Assembly (NCBI GenBank): GCA_964550355.1 | Contig: CAZJZA010000001.1 | Location: forward strand, 1-41,755 | DNA length: 41,755 nucleotides | Reading direction: 5' to 3' | Source of the DNA: an uncultured Halobacteriales archaeon | GTDB lineage: Archaea > Halobacteriota > Halobacteria > Halobacteriales > Halobacteriaceae | Part shown: positions 10,237 through 20,428 of the stretch, piece after piece | Position numbering within the stretch: position 1 is the first letter of the stretch | Layout of the letters: each line of letters starts with the position of its first letter | Position numbers and translations under genes: made by a program | Notes under the pieces: generated by a model | Seen by the model: only the letters and a program-made list of their open reading frames with translations | Told to the model about the DNA's origin: nothing | Databases searched by the model: none

Positions 10237-10380
10237 GCGTGAATTTCAGCGGACGTTCGTGTGGACCTTTCAACGGACGTTAGAGCGGCCTTTTCAGCAG
10301 ACATTCGAGCGGACCTTTCAGCGAATTTTTCATCGGACGTTCTAGCGGGCATTCTAGCGGACATTCTAACGGACGTTCCA
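10237..10380. repeat. 12-bp degenerate tandem repeat, about 12 copies (consensus near GCGGACNTTYNA)
   Basis: In-register units include gcggacgttcgt, gtggacctttca, acggacgttaga, gcagacattcga, gcggacctttca, tcggacgttcta, gcggacattcta and acggacgttcca. Confidence 0.85.
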
Positions 10381-10505
10381 CCCAACTTTCCGGGCCATCC
10401 GGCACGGCTTTTCTTCACGATTAATCACGTCCGAACGAAGGCAAACCGTTTAGTTCCCGCTTCCCCTAGGGCCGGATTAACGGTCCTCGCGGGCCGAGCC
10501 TTACT

Positions 10506-12404
10506 ATGACTCAGGACGAACTCATCTGGCGAATCGCTGGCGGTTCCGGTGACGGAATCGACACGACGAGCCAGAATTTCACCAAGGCGCTGATGCGATA
10601 CGGGTTACACGTATACACGCATCGTCACTACCCGTCCCGTATCCGCGGCGGTCACACATACGTCGAGGTACGAGCCAGCGGGAAACCGGTCACATCCCGG
10701 GGAGACGGCTTTAACTTCCTGTTGGCCCTCGGCGATAGCTTCGCCCGGAACCCATCCGAGGGTGCGGTCTATGGGGACGAGGAGAAAAAACCGCTCTTCG
10801 AGAACCTCGACGAACTCAACGAGGGCGGGGTCATTATCTACGACACGGGCGTCCTTGACCCCGAGGAGACTGGCGACCTCGACGAGCGAGCAGTAGAAAA
10901 CGACTGGCACGTCTACCCAATGGATCTCCGGGCGATCGCTCGCGAGCACGGGCGTGACGTGATGCGAAACACGGCTGGCGTCGGTGCAACGGCGGCTCTC
11001 CTCGACATGCCGCTCGACCCGGTTCAGGAATTGATGGGCGAGGCGATGAGCGGGGACATGCTCGATGCCAACCTCGAGGTACTCTCCGACGCACACGAGA
11101 TGGCCACCACGGAACTCGATCGGACACACGATCTCCGGATTCCCGAACACGACCACGAGGAAGAACAGGTGCTCCTCTCGGGCAGTCACGGGATCTCCTA
11201 TGGGGCGATCGACGAGGGCTGTCGGTTCGTTTCGGGCTATCCGATGACACCCTGGACGGACGTGTTCACGATCATGTCCCGGGAACTCGAAGACATGGGC
11301 GGAGTCGCCGAACAGGTCGAGGACGAAATCGCCGCCTCGATGATGGCCATCGGGGCCAGTCACGCGGGTGCCAAATCCCTGTCCGGCTCGTCGGGTGGGG
11401 GCTTTTCCCTGATGTCCGAATCGATCGGCCTCGCAGAGATGACCGAAACCCCCCTGGTCCTTGTCGAGGCCCAGCGGGCCGGTCCCTCCACGGGCATGCC
11501 GACAAAAACCGAGCAGGCCGATCTGGAGTTCGTCCGCTCGACGAGCCAGGGCGACTCCTCGCGGGTGGTCTTTGCACCCGGTAACGTCAGGGAAACCTAC
11601 GAACAGACCCGCCTGGCTTTCGAGATAGCCTACGAGTACCAACTCCCGGCGATCGTCCTGTACGACGACCAGCTCACGGGCGAATTCCGAAATGTCCCCC
11701 GAAGCTTCTTCGACCGCGAACCGAACCCCGACCTGGGTTCGGTGGCGACGGAGGCGGAACTGGAGGATCTCCCCCACGACGTGGGCGGGCGCTACGAACG
11801 ATTCCGAACAGACACCGATGCGGACGTGAATCCCCGCTCGTTGCCCGGGCAGCGCGGGGGCCGTTATCTCGCGACGGGCAACGAACACTGGCCCGACGGT
11901 CAGATCGCAGAAGACACCCAGAACCGGATCAAGCAGGTCACCCGACGGGTGAATAAGGTCCAGGTCGTAAAGGAGGACCTCGCCGAACGGACGTCCACGG
12001 ACACGATCGCCGGCGACGAAGATGCAGACATCGCCCTTCTCACCTGGGGTTCACAGAAGGGTGTCGTCGAGGAGAGCGTTCGCCGATTGACCGATCAGGG
12101 GGTCTCGATCAAATCGCTCGCGGTCAGTCAAATGGCCCCGCTCCGGACCGATGAGATCGCGTCGTTCCTCGAAGACGCCACAAACGTCCTCGTCGTCGAG
12201 ATGAACGCCACGGCCCAGTTCAAAGGCGTCATCCAGCAGGAATTTGGCGATTACGGCGACTTGCTCGGAAGTCTCTTGAAGTACAACGGCGACCCTTTCG
12301 AACCGGCCGAGATACTCGAGGCCGTCGAAATCGTCAGGAACGGCGAGACGTGGGAGACCTCGTCTGAAACCGACCTCCGTCCCCCGGCAGGTGATCGAGC
12401 ATGA
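10506..12404 (+). CDS. porA: 2-oxoacid:ferredoxin oxidoreductase alpha subunit, most likely pyruvate-specific
   Basis: IWRIAGGSGDGID, HYPSRIRGGH, GYPMTP, QVEDEIA, SSGGGFSLM, QRAGPSTGMPT; 632 aa. The porAB-lrpA1-aminotransferase order matches Halobacterium. Confidence 0.85.
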   Translation: MTQDELIWRIAGGSGDGIDTTSQNFTKALMRYGLHVYTHRHYPSRIRGGHTYVEVRASGKPVTSRGDGFNFLLALGDSFARNPSEGAVYGDEEKKPLFENLDELNEGGVIIYDTGVLDPEETGDLDERAVENDWHVYPMDLRAIAREHGRDVMRNTAGVGATAALLDMPLDPVQELMGEAMSGDMLDANLEVLSDAHEMATTELDRTHDLRIPEHDHEEEQVLLSGSHGISYGAIDEGCRFVSGYPMTPWTDVFTIMSRELEDMGGVAEQVEDEIAASMMAIGASHAGAKSLSGSSGGGFSLMSESIGLAEMTETPLVLVEAQRAGPSTGMPTKTEQADLEFVRSTSQGDSSRVVFAPGNVRETYEQTRLAFEIAYEYQLPAIVLYDDQLTGEFRNVPRSFFDREPNPDLGSVATEAELEDLPHDVGGRYERFRTDTDADVNPRSLPGQRGGRYLATGNEHWPDGQIAEDTQNRIKQVTRRVNKVQVVKEDLAERTSTDTIAGDEDADIALLTWGSQKGVVEESVRRLTDQGVSIKSLAVSQMAPLRTDEIASFLEDATNVLVVEMNATAQFKGVIQQEFGDYGDLLGSLLKYNGDPFEPAEILEAVEIVRNGETWETSSETDLRPPAGDRA

Positions 12405-13336
12405 CTCAATTCAACGCCATCGGCGGCGGCGCGGACGTCACGAACGACGACTACACCCCTGAGACCGAGCCCCAACCGACCTGGTGTCCGGGCTGTGGTG
12501 ACTTCTCGGTCCTGCGAGCCCTCAAAGGAGCAATGGCCGACCTGGGCCGGGACCCTGAGGAAGTTCTGGTCGTGACCGGGATCGGCTGCTCGGGGAAGCT
12601 CAACAGCTACTTCGACAGCTATGGGTTCCACGCGATTCACGGCCGCACCCTGCCGCTCGGCCGGGCAGCGAAAATGGTCAACCAGGATTTGGAGGTCGTC
12701 GCGGCCGGCGGCGACGGCGACGGCTACGGAATCGGCGGGAACCATTTCACCCATACCGCCCGCGAGAACCACAACATGACCTACATCGTGTTCAACAACG
12801 AGGTCTTCGGGCTCACGAAGGGCCAGTCCTCGCCGACGAGCCCGAAGGGACACACTTCGAAGACCCAACTCAAGGGCGTCGCAAAAGACCCCGTCCGTCC
12901 CCTCTCACTCGCGCTCTCGGCCGGTGCGTCCTATATCGCCCGAACCGCCGCGACGAACCCGACCCAGGCCCAGGAAATCCTCGTCGAAGCCATCGAGCAC
13001 GACGGCTTTGCCCACGTGGACTTCCTTACCCAGTGTCCGACCTGGAACAAGGACGGCGGCGAGTACGTCCCCTACATCGACGTGCAGGAGTCGGATGACT
13101 ACGACTTCGACGTGACCGATCGGCGGGAAGCCGCCGACATGATGCACGAGACCGAGCAGGCCCTCTACGATGGGAAGGTTCTGACCGGTCGGTACTACAT
13201 CGAGGAGGACCGGCGGACCTACCAGGAGGAAAAACAGATGCGCGAGGAAATGCCGGAGGACCCGGTCGTCAACCGGTACTTCGACGACGAGTACGAGTGG
13301 GAACGCTCGTACGACCGGCTCGACCGCCACACCTGA
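12401..13336 (+). CDS. porB: 2-oxoacid:ferredoxin oxidoreductase beta subunit (TPP-binding)
   Basis: PTWCPGCGD, GIGCSG, HGR, GDGDGYGIG...NN TPP motif; ATGA overlap with the alpha subunit. Confidence 0.87.
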   Translation: MTQFNAIGGGADVTNDDYTPETEPQPTWCPGCGDFSVLRALKGAMADLGRDPEEVLVVTGIGCSGKLNSYFDSYGFHAIHGRTLPLGRAAKMVNQDLEVVAAGGDGDGYGIGGNHFTHTARENHNMTYIVFNNEVFGLTKGQSSPTSPKGHTSKTQLKGVAKDPVRPLSLALSAGASYIARTAATNPTQAQEILVEAIEHDGFAHVDFLTQCPTWNKDGGEYVPYIDVQESDDYDFDVTDRREAADMMHETEQALYDGKVLTGRYYIEEDRRTYQEEKQMREEMPEDPVVNRYFDDEYEWERSYDRLDRHT

Positions 13337-13412
13337 TCGGGCCCGTTTTTCGGAAGCGACAACTGTTTTCAGATTCGGAAGGTATTTTTTGTGGGCTCTC
13401 AAAGTAATCTTT

Positions 13413-13841
13413 GTGAAAGAGGAGTCGACAGCCGACCGTATCCTCGCGGTTCTCGAAGCGGACGCCCAGGCCTCCTACGGTGAGATCGCCGAACAGGTGG
13501 GGGTCTCGAAGCCGACTGTCCGGAAGTACGTCTCTCAACTGGAAGAGGAGGGCGTTATCGTCGGCTATTCGGCGGACGTCGACCCGAAAAAACTTTCCTC
13601 GACCTCGATCGCGCTCGTCGGCTTCGACGTCAAAAGCGAGTTTTACGTGGATGCACTCGGGGAACTGAAAGCCCTCGATGCGGTTCGAACCCTTTACACC
13701 TCGAGTGGGGACCACATGTTGATGGCCGAAATGCGGGCTGAAGACGGCGACGCACTCGCGGGGATTATCCAGGATTCGGTGATGACCATCGAAGGGATGG
13801 AGGAGGCTCACCCGACGTTTCTCCAGGAGCGGCTGAAGTAG
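13413..13841 (+). CDS. lrpA1: Lrp/AsnC-family transcriptional regulator (LrpA1-like)
   Basis: RILAVLEADAQASYGEIAEQVGVSKPTVRKY HTH, SSGDHMLMAE; start trimmed to GTG 13413; convergent with the aminotransferase as in Halobacterium. Confidence 0.85.
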   Translation: MKEESTADRILAVLEADAQASYGEIAEQVGVSKPTVRKYVSQLEEEGVIVGYSADVDPKKLSSTSIALVGFDVKSEFYVDALGELKALDAVRTLYTSSGDHMLMAEMRAEDGDALAGIIQDSVMTIEGMEEAHPTFLQERLK

Positions 13842-13859
13842 GGAGTTGCCCCGTTGAAA

Positions 13860-14990
13860 TCAGTCAGAGAACGCTTCTAATCGAGCAATCGCTTCTTCGA
13901 TGGCTGCGGTACTGGTTGCGAACGACGCTCGGAGCGTGTGCTCCGTCTGTGTCCCGAAGTCGGGGCCGGGCGTCAACGCGACCCCCGCTTCTTCGAGGAG
14001 CCGATCGGCGATCTCGAATGCGTCTCCGTCGAGGTCACTGACATCGAGCAAGAGATAGTAGGCCCCAGCGGGGGCATAGCCCATATCGAGGCCCAGGTCT
14101 TGAACCGCGCCGAGCAACAGATCCCGGCGTTCCCGATAGGTAGCCCGGATGTTCGCGAGATCGTCTCCGTGTCGGATGGCCGCCTCGGCCGCGTCCTGAA
14201 CGTGGTTTGGCGCACAGATGAGGAAGTTCTGCACCAGGCGGTTCATCGCCGCAGTTTCGTCTGGGGGCGTGATGATCCAGCCCAGGCGCCAGCCGGTCAT
14301 CCCGTACCGCTTCGAGACGCCATCCAGGACGAAGGCTTCGTCCGTGTACTCGAGGACCGAATGCGCCTCCGCGTCGAAATCGAGGCCGTGATAAATCTCA
14401 TCGGAGATCAGGCGCGTGTCGGTCCGCTCGGCAAGATCGACCAGTCCCTCGATCGAATCGGCGTCCATTACTGCACCGGTCGGGTTCGCAGGCGAATTGA
14501 TGAGCAACCCCTGGGTATCGGGACCGATCTGTTCTGCGAAGTCCGCTATCCGGGGTTGGAACCCGTTCTCAGCCCGGAGATCCACCGTCTTTGTTCGCCC
14601 CTCGGCCTGTCGGACGAAGTTCGGATAGGGGGCGTAGTACGGGTCTGTAAGCACGACCTCGCCTCCCGGATCTACCACGTCGAGCATCACCATCAGCAGA
14701 GCAGGTGAGGACCCCGGGGTAACGAGAATACGATCGAGGGGCACGTCTACCCCGTACTCGCGGTCGTAGTAGTCGCTAATCGCCTTTCGGAGACTCACTT
14801 TGCCACGAGCGTGCGTGTAATTCACGTTGCCTGCAGTGAGCGATTCGATCGCAGTCTCGGTCGCCACAGCCGGCGGTTCGAAATCAGGTTCGCCTACCTC
14901 CAGGTGGACGACATCCTCGAGTTTTCCGGCCTTTTCGAGGACGTCCATGGCCGCAAAGGGCGTCGTTACCATCGCTCGCTTCGAAGGCAT
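13860..14990 (-). CDS. PLP-dependent class I/II aminotransferase (aspartate aminotransferase AspB-like)
   Basis: HLEVGEPDF, NSPANPTG, SDEIYH, SKRYGMTGWRLG (PLP lysine). Confidence 0.92.
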   Translation of the reverse strand: MPSKRAMVTTPFAAMDVLEKAGKLEDVVHLEVGEPDFEPPAVATETAIESLTAGNVNYTHARGKVSLRKAISDYYDREYGVDVPLDRILVTPGSSPALLMVMLDVVDPGGEVVLTDPYYAPYPNFVRQAEGRTKTVDLRAENGFQPRIADFAEQIGPDTQGLLINSPANPTGAVMDADSIEGLVDLAERTDTRLISDEIYHGLDFDAEAHSVLEYTDEAFVLDGVSKRYGMTGWRLGWIITPPDETAAMNRLVQNFLICAPNHVQDAAEAAIRHGDDLANIRATYRERRDLLLGAVQDLGLDMGYAPAGAYYLLLDVSDLDGDAFEIADRLLEEAGVALTPGPDFGTQTEHTLRASFATSTAAIEEAIARLEAFSD

Positions 14991-15079
14991 GCGCGACCGG
15001 AAGACCGGCCCACATATATGTCCGCTGTCCTTCGTCCGTGAGCGACGAATGGGTGATCGACTGCTGTGGTTCTACCCGA

Positions 15080-15907
15080 TCACTCGGCGTCGAGTGAGAG
15101 GCCCGGATGCCAGTGGTCGACGCCGGCATCGGCTTTCTTCCGCTCCATTTCTGCGAGAAGACGAACCGCGAGGGTGGCCGTCTCCGCCGCTTTTGGGTCC
15201 CCCTCGGTCCGGAACTCGCCGGTTTCCCGATTGGCGTACACAGAACAGATCGCCCCGGTCCGGAGGCCGTATATCGATCCCAGGGTGAGGATCGCGCTTG
15301 CCTCCATTTCGATGTTTTTGACGTTAGCCTCCCGAAGCTCCTCGATGAGCGTGTCGCTCCCGGCCGCTTCGAACCCCTCGAATCCCGTTCGGCCCTGCCC
15401 GGCGTAGAAACTGTCGGCGCTCATCGTGAGCCCGACGTGATAGTCATAGCCCAATCGTTCGGCGGCCGCGATGAGCGCGCTCGTGACTTCCCGGTTCGCG
15501 ACGGCTGGGTAGTCCTCGCGAACGTACTCGTCACTCGTCCCCTCCTGTCTGACCGCCGCGGTCGTAATCACGAGATCCCCGATCTCCATGCCGGCCTGAA
15601 TGGCTCCCGTCGATCCCACGCGAATGAAGGTGTCGGCTCCCGCGCGAGCGAGTTCTTCGACGGCGATTGCCGCGGCGGGACTGCCGATTCCGGTCGAGGT
15701 AACCGAAATGGGCGTGTCTTCGACGGAGCCGGTGACAGTTCGGTACTCGCGGTGAAAGCCCCGCTCTTCTGCCTCGTCCCAGAAGTCCGTGATCGTCTCC
15801 ACCCGATCCGGGTTTCCCGGTAGCAGGACGGACTGAGCCAAGTCCTCCGGGCCGACCCCGATGTGATACTGGACCTCGTCTCCTGGGTCCTCGCTGTTGG
15901 CGGTCAT
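15080..15907 (-). CDS. udp: Uridine/nucleoside phosphorylase
   Basis: QYHIG, LLPGNPDRV, STGIGSPAAAIAVEEL, IRVGSTG, DSFYAGQGR, NIEMEAS; start trimmed to MTANSED at 15907. Confidence 0.9.
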   Translation of the reverse strand: MTANSEDPGDEVQYHIGVGPEDLAQSVLLPGNPDRVETITDFWDEAEERGFHREYRTVTGSVEDTPISVTSTGIGSPAAAIAVEELARAGADTFIRVGSTGAIQAGMEIGDLVITTAAVRQEGTSDEYVREDYPAVANREVTSALIAAAERLGYDYHVGLTMSADSFYAGQGRTGFEGFEAAGSDTLIEELREANVKNIEMEASAILTLGSIYGLRTGAICSVYANRETGEFRTEGDPKAAETATLAVRLLAEMERKKADAGVDHWHPGLSLDAE

Positions 15908-16011
15908 GTCTCTCCTAAAGCGGAGGGGTGGCAAAACCCTTGGCCCGGGTTCTCCGGTGTGGCCAAATCGAGAGGGGGGTAGTAGTCTGGCTTTTGATTA
16001 ATCGGGCAGAG

Positions 16012-16101
16012 CTAGTCGGTCCGGGTTTCGATCAATCGAGCGAAACTAATCGGTCCGGGATTCGATCAATCGAGTTGGATTAATCGGTCGGGGTTTCGAT
16101 C
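16012..16101. repeat. 34-bp tandem repeat, about 3 copies plus a degenerate fourth, built from the cdd 3' end
   Basis: (C/T)TA(A/G)TCGGTC(C/G)GGG(T/A)TTCGATC units start at 16012, 16046 and 16080; the last is the cdd C-terminus and stop. Confidence 0.85.
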
Positions 16102-16478
16102 TGGTCTCCGGTGAATGCGTGTGGCAGCAGGTCGGTCAACCGATGGGACACGGGTCCCTCGGGGTCGTCGACGAGGACGGTGAACTCCCCATCGGCGAAT
16201 TCGGCCAGGGTCTGCCGACACATGCCACAGGGCGTCACTCCGTCCTCGGCTTCTGCGGCGACCGCGATCCGCTCGAAATTGGTATGGCCGGCCATAATCG
16301 CCCTCGCCAGGGCGACCTCTTCAGCGTGAAGGGTGTTCGAGAAGTTCGCGATTTCGATGTTCGCGCCGGTGAACGTCGTCCCATCGGCCGTTTCGATGGC
16401 AGCGCCGACGGCGTACTCAGAATAGGGAACGATCGCCTGGGAGATCGCCTCCCGGGCCGCTTCGAGGAGTTCGTCCAT
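16080..16478 (-). CDS. cdd: Cytidine deaminase
   Basis: PYSEYAVGAA, GANIE, HAE...PCGMCRQ zinc motif; start trimmed to MDELLEAA at 16478. Confidence 0.94.
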   Translation of the reverse strand: MDELLEAAREAISQAIVPYSEYAVGAAIETADGTTFTGANIEIANFSNTLHAEEVALARAIMAGHTNFERIAVAAEAEDGVTPCGMCRQTLAEFADGEFTVLVDDPEGPVSHRLTDLLPHAFTGDQIETPTD

Positions 16479-16507
16479 GAATGGGAAACGAGCCCCGGTG
16501 TGAAAAA

Positions 16508-17584
16508 TCACTCCTCGCCGGATTCGTAGTGCTCACCGGCGGCCGAGGGGAGGCGGGTGTGCCCGACCAGGGCCAGGACGATGACAACCGTGATGTAGGG
16601 AATCGTCCGCACCAGTGACTGGGGAATCGCGAAAACGTCCCCGACCTGGAGGGCGATCTGCACGGCTTCGAGTCCCGCGAACAGCAACGTCGAGAGCATG
16701 GCCCCAATGGGGTTGTAATTCCCGAAGAGATAGGCGACGATGGCGATGAATCCTTTTCCGTTGACCATCGTCGCCCCGTTCCCGATGAACTGGCCCAACG
16801 AGAGGGAGAGGGCCGCGCCGCCGATCCCGGAGAGCACCCCGGAGAGAAGGACAGCGGCATATCGGACCCGGCTCACGTTCACGCCGGCAGTATCGAGCGC
16901 ACTGGGATTCTCGCCGCTCGCGATCACCCACCGGCCGAAGGAAGTCCGATTGAGCGTGTACCACGAGGCCGCCACCGTGACGAACATGAGATAGACGATC
17001 GGCGAGGCGTCAAAGAGCGCGCCGAAGAAGGGGATGTCCGAAAGGATCGGAATCGTGATCGAGCCGAGTGACTCGACACTCGCCGTATTCGGGCCGTTGT
17101 AGATGACCTGGGAGAGAAACGGTGCCAGTCCCAGCGCGATGAGCCAGACGGCCAGGCCGGCGATGATCTGGTCGGCCTTGAACTCGATGCAGACGATCCC
17201 GAACAGGCCAGCCAGCAACGTCGAGGCGAGCACGCCAGCCCCCATCCCGACCCAGACGTTACCCGTGACGTCGGTCGCGTACACGCCGAAGAAGGCGGCG
17301 ATAATCAGGAGACCCTCCAGGCCGATATTGATGACGCCGCTTTTTTCCGCGAAAATCCCGCCCAGGGCCGCAAACGCGATCGGCACCGAGAGGCGAAGGG
17401 CGGAGGAGAACGTGCTTTTGGAGGTCAGAATGTCGAAGAGTGCACCGAGGTTCGACTCGGGATAAAACACGCCCACGATCCCGAGGAAGGCGAGGATCAA
17501 GAGTGTCGCGAGCGCGACGTAGCCCCGAATCCCGAACGCCCTGAACCGCTCGATTGCGTCGCTCACATCCATCGATTCAGCCAT
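16508..17584 (-). CDS. Nucleoside/sugar ABC transporter permease
   Basis: Hydrophobic; EKSGVINIGLEG, GENPSALDTAGVNV, GKGFIAIVA. Confidence 0.9.
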   Translation of the reverse strand: MAESMDVSDAIERFRAFGIRGYVALATLLILAFLGIVGVFYPESNLGALFDILTSKSTFSSALRLSVPIAFAALGGIFAEKSGVINIGLEGLLIIAAFFGVYATDVTGNVWVGMGAGVLASTLLAGLFGIVCIEFKADQIIAGLAVWLIALGLAPFLSQVIYNGPNTASVESLGSITIPILSDIPFFGALFDASPIVYLMFVTVAASWYTLNRTSFGRWVIASGENPSALDTAGVNVSRVRYAAVLLSGVLSGIGGAALSLSLGQFIGNGATMVNGKGFIAIVAYLFGNYNPIGAMLSTLLFAGLEAVQIALQVGDVFAIPQSLVRTIPYITVVIVLALVGHTRLPSAAGEHYESGEE

Positions 17585-18854
17585 TTTCTTTCACCTCCCC
17601 GTCTGCAATCTCCGTCGGCGGTTCCATTCTCCCGTCCGGCACCACTCGCTTGCCGATCATACGGAAGAACTCCGGCATGGCCACGAAGAGGATGATCAAT
17701 CCCCGAAGGACTCCGACGAGCTGAGGTGGCACGTCGGTGCCGACGTCGACGACGACGGAACCACTCTTGAGAACGCCGAAGAGCAACCCCGCAAAGCCGA
17801 CACCGAGCGGGTTGTTTCCAGCCAATATCGAGACGGTGATCCCGTCGAAACCGTACCCCGGCACCCCGACCTGGAAGTTTCCGAGCACCATGAGGACGTA
17901 GACGGCCCCACCGATGCCAGCCAGGGCACCGGAAAGGACCATTCCCGTGAGAATCGTTCGTTCGGCGTTGACGCCGCCGTATTCTGCGGCGTCCGGCTGG
18001 ATCCCACTCGTCCGAATGTCAAATCCCATTGCGGTGTGGTTCAGGAGATACCAGATGGTCACGAGTGAGAGAATCCCGAACAGCAATGCCAGAATCGAGA
18101 AATCGTGTCTCGCCTCGAAGATCAGGTTCGGGAACAGGGAATGATCCGGGAGCGAGACCGTCTGGTTGGCAAAACTATTTGGATCTTTGAAATGATTCGC
18201 GACGAGATACAGCGCGGTCGAGGTGGCGACGAAGTTTAACATGATCGTCGTTATCACTTCGTGTGCCTCGAGATACGCCAACAGGGCACCCGGAATGGCG
18301 GCATACGCGCCGCCTGCCAGTGCCCCGACGAAGAGTCCGATTGTCAACAGCACGACCGTGCCGAGGGCCCCCGTGACCATCGGAGCAATCGGAAGGAGCA
18401 CGACTCCCGTCGCCAGCGCTCCGACGACTAGCTGGCCCTGGGCGCCAATGTTGAAGATTCCCGCCCTGAACGCGATGGCGACGGCGACCCCGGCGAAAAT
18501 GAGTATCGTCGTCTCCGCGAGTGTGGTCGCAAGTTGACCATTGAGTGGGTCGAACCCCGGCCGGATGATCCAGGCAAATTCGCCCTGGAGCGGGCGGAAG
18601 GCCGGATTAATCGGGTCACCGAAGGCACCGAAAAACAGTTTGTCGAAGACAGTCAGCGGATTGTAGGCGAAGTCGTAGCCGAAGACCGACCATACCGGCT
18701 CCTCGCTTTCAGCGATCAGTCCCGCAAAGAGGATGAGCACGGTGCCGACGAGAATGGAGAGAACCAGTGCCGCCATACTGATCAAAATTCGTTCGGTTCC
18801 GGAGGAGCGACGGAGCCGGGCGAGGATATCAATCAACCATTCGGGTAGATTCAT
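17577..18854 (-). CDS. Nucleoside/sugar ABC transporter permease
   Basis: FRAGIFNIGAQGQ, HEVITTIMLN, GYGFDGITVSIL. Confidence 0.9.
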   Translation of the reverse strand: MNLPEWLIDILARLRRSSGTERILISMAALVLSILVGTVLILFAGLIAESEEPVWSVFGYDFAYNPLTVFDKLFFGAFGDPINPAFRPLQGEFAWIIRPGFDPLNGQLATTLAETTILIFAGVAVAIAFRAGIFNIGAQGQLVVGALATGVVLLPIAPMVTGALGTVVLLTIGLFVGALAGGAYAAIPGALLAYLEAHEVITTIMLNFVATSTALYLVANHFKDPNSFANQTVSLPDHSLFPNLIFEARHDFSILALLFGILSLVTIWYLLNHTAMGFDIRTSGIQPDAAEYGGVNAERTILTGMVLSGALAGIGGAVYVLMVLGNFQVGVPGYGFDGITVSILAGNNPLGVGFAGLLFGVLKSGSVVVDVGTDVPPQLVGVLRGLIILFVAMPEFFRMIGKRVVPDGRMEPPTEIADGEVKENG

Positions 18855-20416
18855 GTTCTCACCTCGTCCGTTACGATCGAGCGATCGGTCGCGTCGAAAT
18901 CGGTCGGGCGTTCACCGGCCATGAGCAGTCCCAACTCCTCGTCGGTGACCGCATTTGGATCGACGACGGCCACGAGTTCCCCTTCGTACATCACGGCAAG
19001 TCGATCAGAAAGCGCCTGGACTTCGTCGAGTTTCGAGGAAACGAGCAAGACCCCAGTTCCCTCCTCCCGGAGGTCGATTAGTCGGTCGTGGATGTACTCG
19101 GTCGAGCCCACGTCCACGCCCCTTGTCGGGTGGGTAGCGAGCATCAACTGTGGGTTCCGTTCGAACTCCCGGCCCACGATGAATTTCTGTTGGTTGCCCC
19201 CGGAAAGCGAGACCGCGGTCACGTCCGTCTCGCCGGGACGGACGTCGAACTCGTCGACGATAGTATCGGCGTGATCGCGTGCATTTCCCCAGTCGAGTCG
19301 GCCGTTTCTGTGGAACGGGTGTGTGTGTTGACTTCCGAGGATGCCGTTTTCGATCAGATCAAAGTCCATTACGAGTCCTCGTTCCTGGCGGTCTTCGGGA
19401 ATGTAGGCCATGCCGTTTTGGATCCGGTCGAGCCGGCTCCATTCGGTGACCGATTGTTCGCCGAGTCGGACGTTTCCCGATTCGGCGCTTCTGAGGCCGC
19501 TAATGCCCTCGACGAGTTCTGTTTGCCCGTTTCCGTCGACCCCGGCGATTCCGAGGATTTCGCCTTCTCGCACGGTCAGGGTGAGATCAGTCACCGCTTT
19601 TACGCCACGGTCGTTTTCGACAGTGAGATCCGACACGGTGAGGATCGGATCGCCGGGCGAGATAGGCGGTTTCTCGACTTCCATCAGCACTTCGCGCCCG
19701 ACCATCATCTTCGCGAGAGACTCCCGGTCGGCTTCGTCGACGTCGACCGAGCCGACGTTTTCCCCGTCTCTGAGGACGGTGATTTGATCGGCGGCCTCCA
19801 TGGCCTCGCCGAGCTTGTGCGTGATGAAGATGATCGTCTTCCCTTGTTCGGTTAGTTCCTCGAACACGGCGAAGAGATCCTCGACTTCCTGGGGAGTGAG
19901 CACCGCCGTGGGTTCGTCCATGATCAGGATTTCCGCCCCCCGATAGAGTGCCTTGAGAATCTCGACGCGCTGTCTGACGCCGACGCTGATTTCTTCGATT
20001 TTCGCGTCCGGCTCCACGTCGAATCCGTACTGTTCTCGGAGGTCGACGACGGCGTTTCGAGCGCGCGTTTCGTCGATGACCAATCCGCCCCACTTTCGAG
20101 GCTCGTTTCCCAGGACGATGTTTTCGGTCACCGTCATGGGCCCGACGAGCATGAAGTGCTGGTGGATCATGCCGATGCCGGCGTCGATGGCCTCGCGTGG
20201 CGAGTCGAAGTCTCGTCGTTTCCCGTGAACAGAGACAATCCCGTCGGTGGGCTCGTAGAGGCCGTAAAGCACGTTCATCAACGTCGTCTTCCCGGCACCG
20301 TTCTCGCCGAGAAGTGCGTGGACCGATCCCCGCTCGACGGAGAGGTCGATGTCGTCGTTCGCGAGGACGCCGGGAAACCGTTTCGTGATCCCCGACAGCC
20401 GGACGGCTGGCTCCAT
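18851..20416 (-). CDS. Nucleoside/sugar ABC transporter ATP-binding protein (two fused ATPase domains)
   Basis: GENGAGKTT, MDEPTAVL, LSGGNQQK, PTRGVDVG. Confidence 0.93.
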   Translation of the reverse strand: MEPAVRLSGITKRFPGVLANDDIDLSVERGSVHALLGENGAGKTTLMNVLYGLYEPTDGIVSVHGKRRDFDSPREAIDAGIGMIHQHFMLVGPMTVTENIVLGNEPRKWGGLVIDETRARNAVVDLREQYGFDVEPDAKIEEISVGVRQRVEILKALYRGAEILIMDEPTAVLTPQEVEDLFAVFEELTEQGKTIIFITHKLGEAMEAADQITVLRDGENVGSVDVDEADRESLAKMMVGREVLMEVEKPPISPGDPILTVSDLTVENDRGVKAVTDLTLTVREGEILGIAGVDGNGQTELVEGISGLRSAESGNVRLGEQSVTEWSRLDRIQNGMAYIPEDRQERGLVMDFDLIENGILGSQHTHPFHRNGRLDWGNARDHADTIVDEFDVRPGETDVTAVSLSGGNQQKFIVGREFERNPQLMLATHPTRGVDVGSTEYIHDRLIDLREEGTGVLLVSSKLDEVQALSDRLAVMYEGELVAVVDPNAVTDEELGLLMAGERPTDFDATDRSIVTDEVRT

Positions 20417-20428
20417 TTTGAGCCGGAT

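Noticed and set aside
5374-16101. Intergenic repeats as CRISPR arrays
   Set aside because: The units are head-to-tail with no unique spacers, copy numbers are low, and no cas genes are present.
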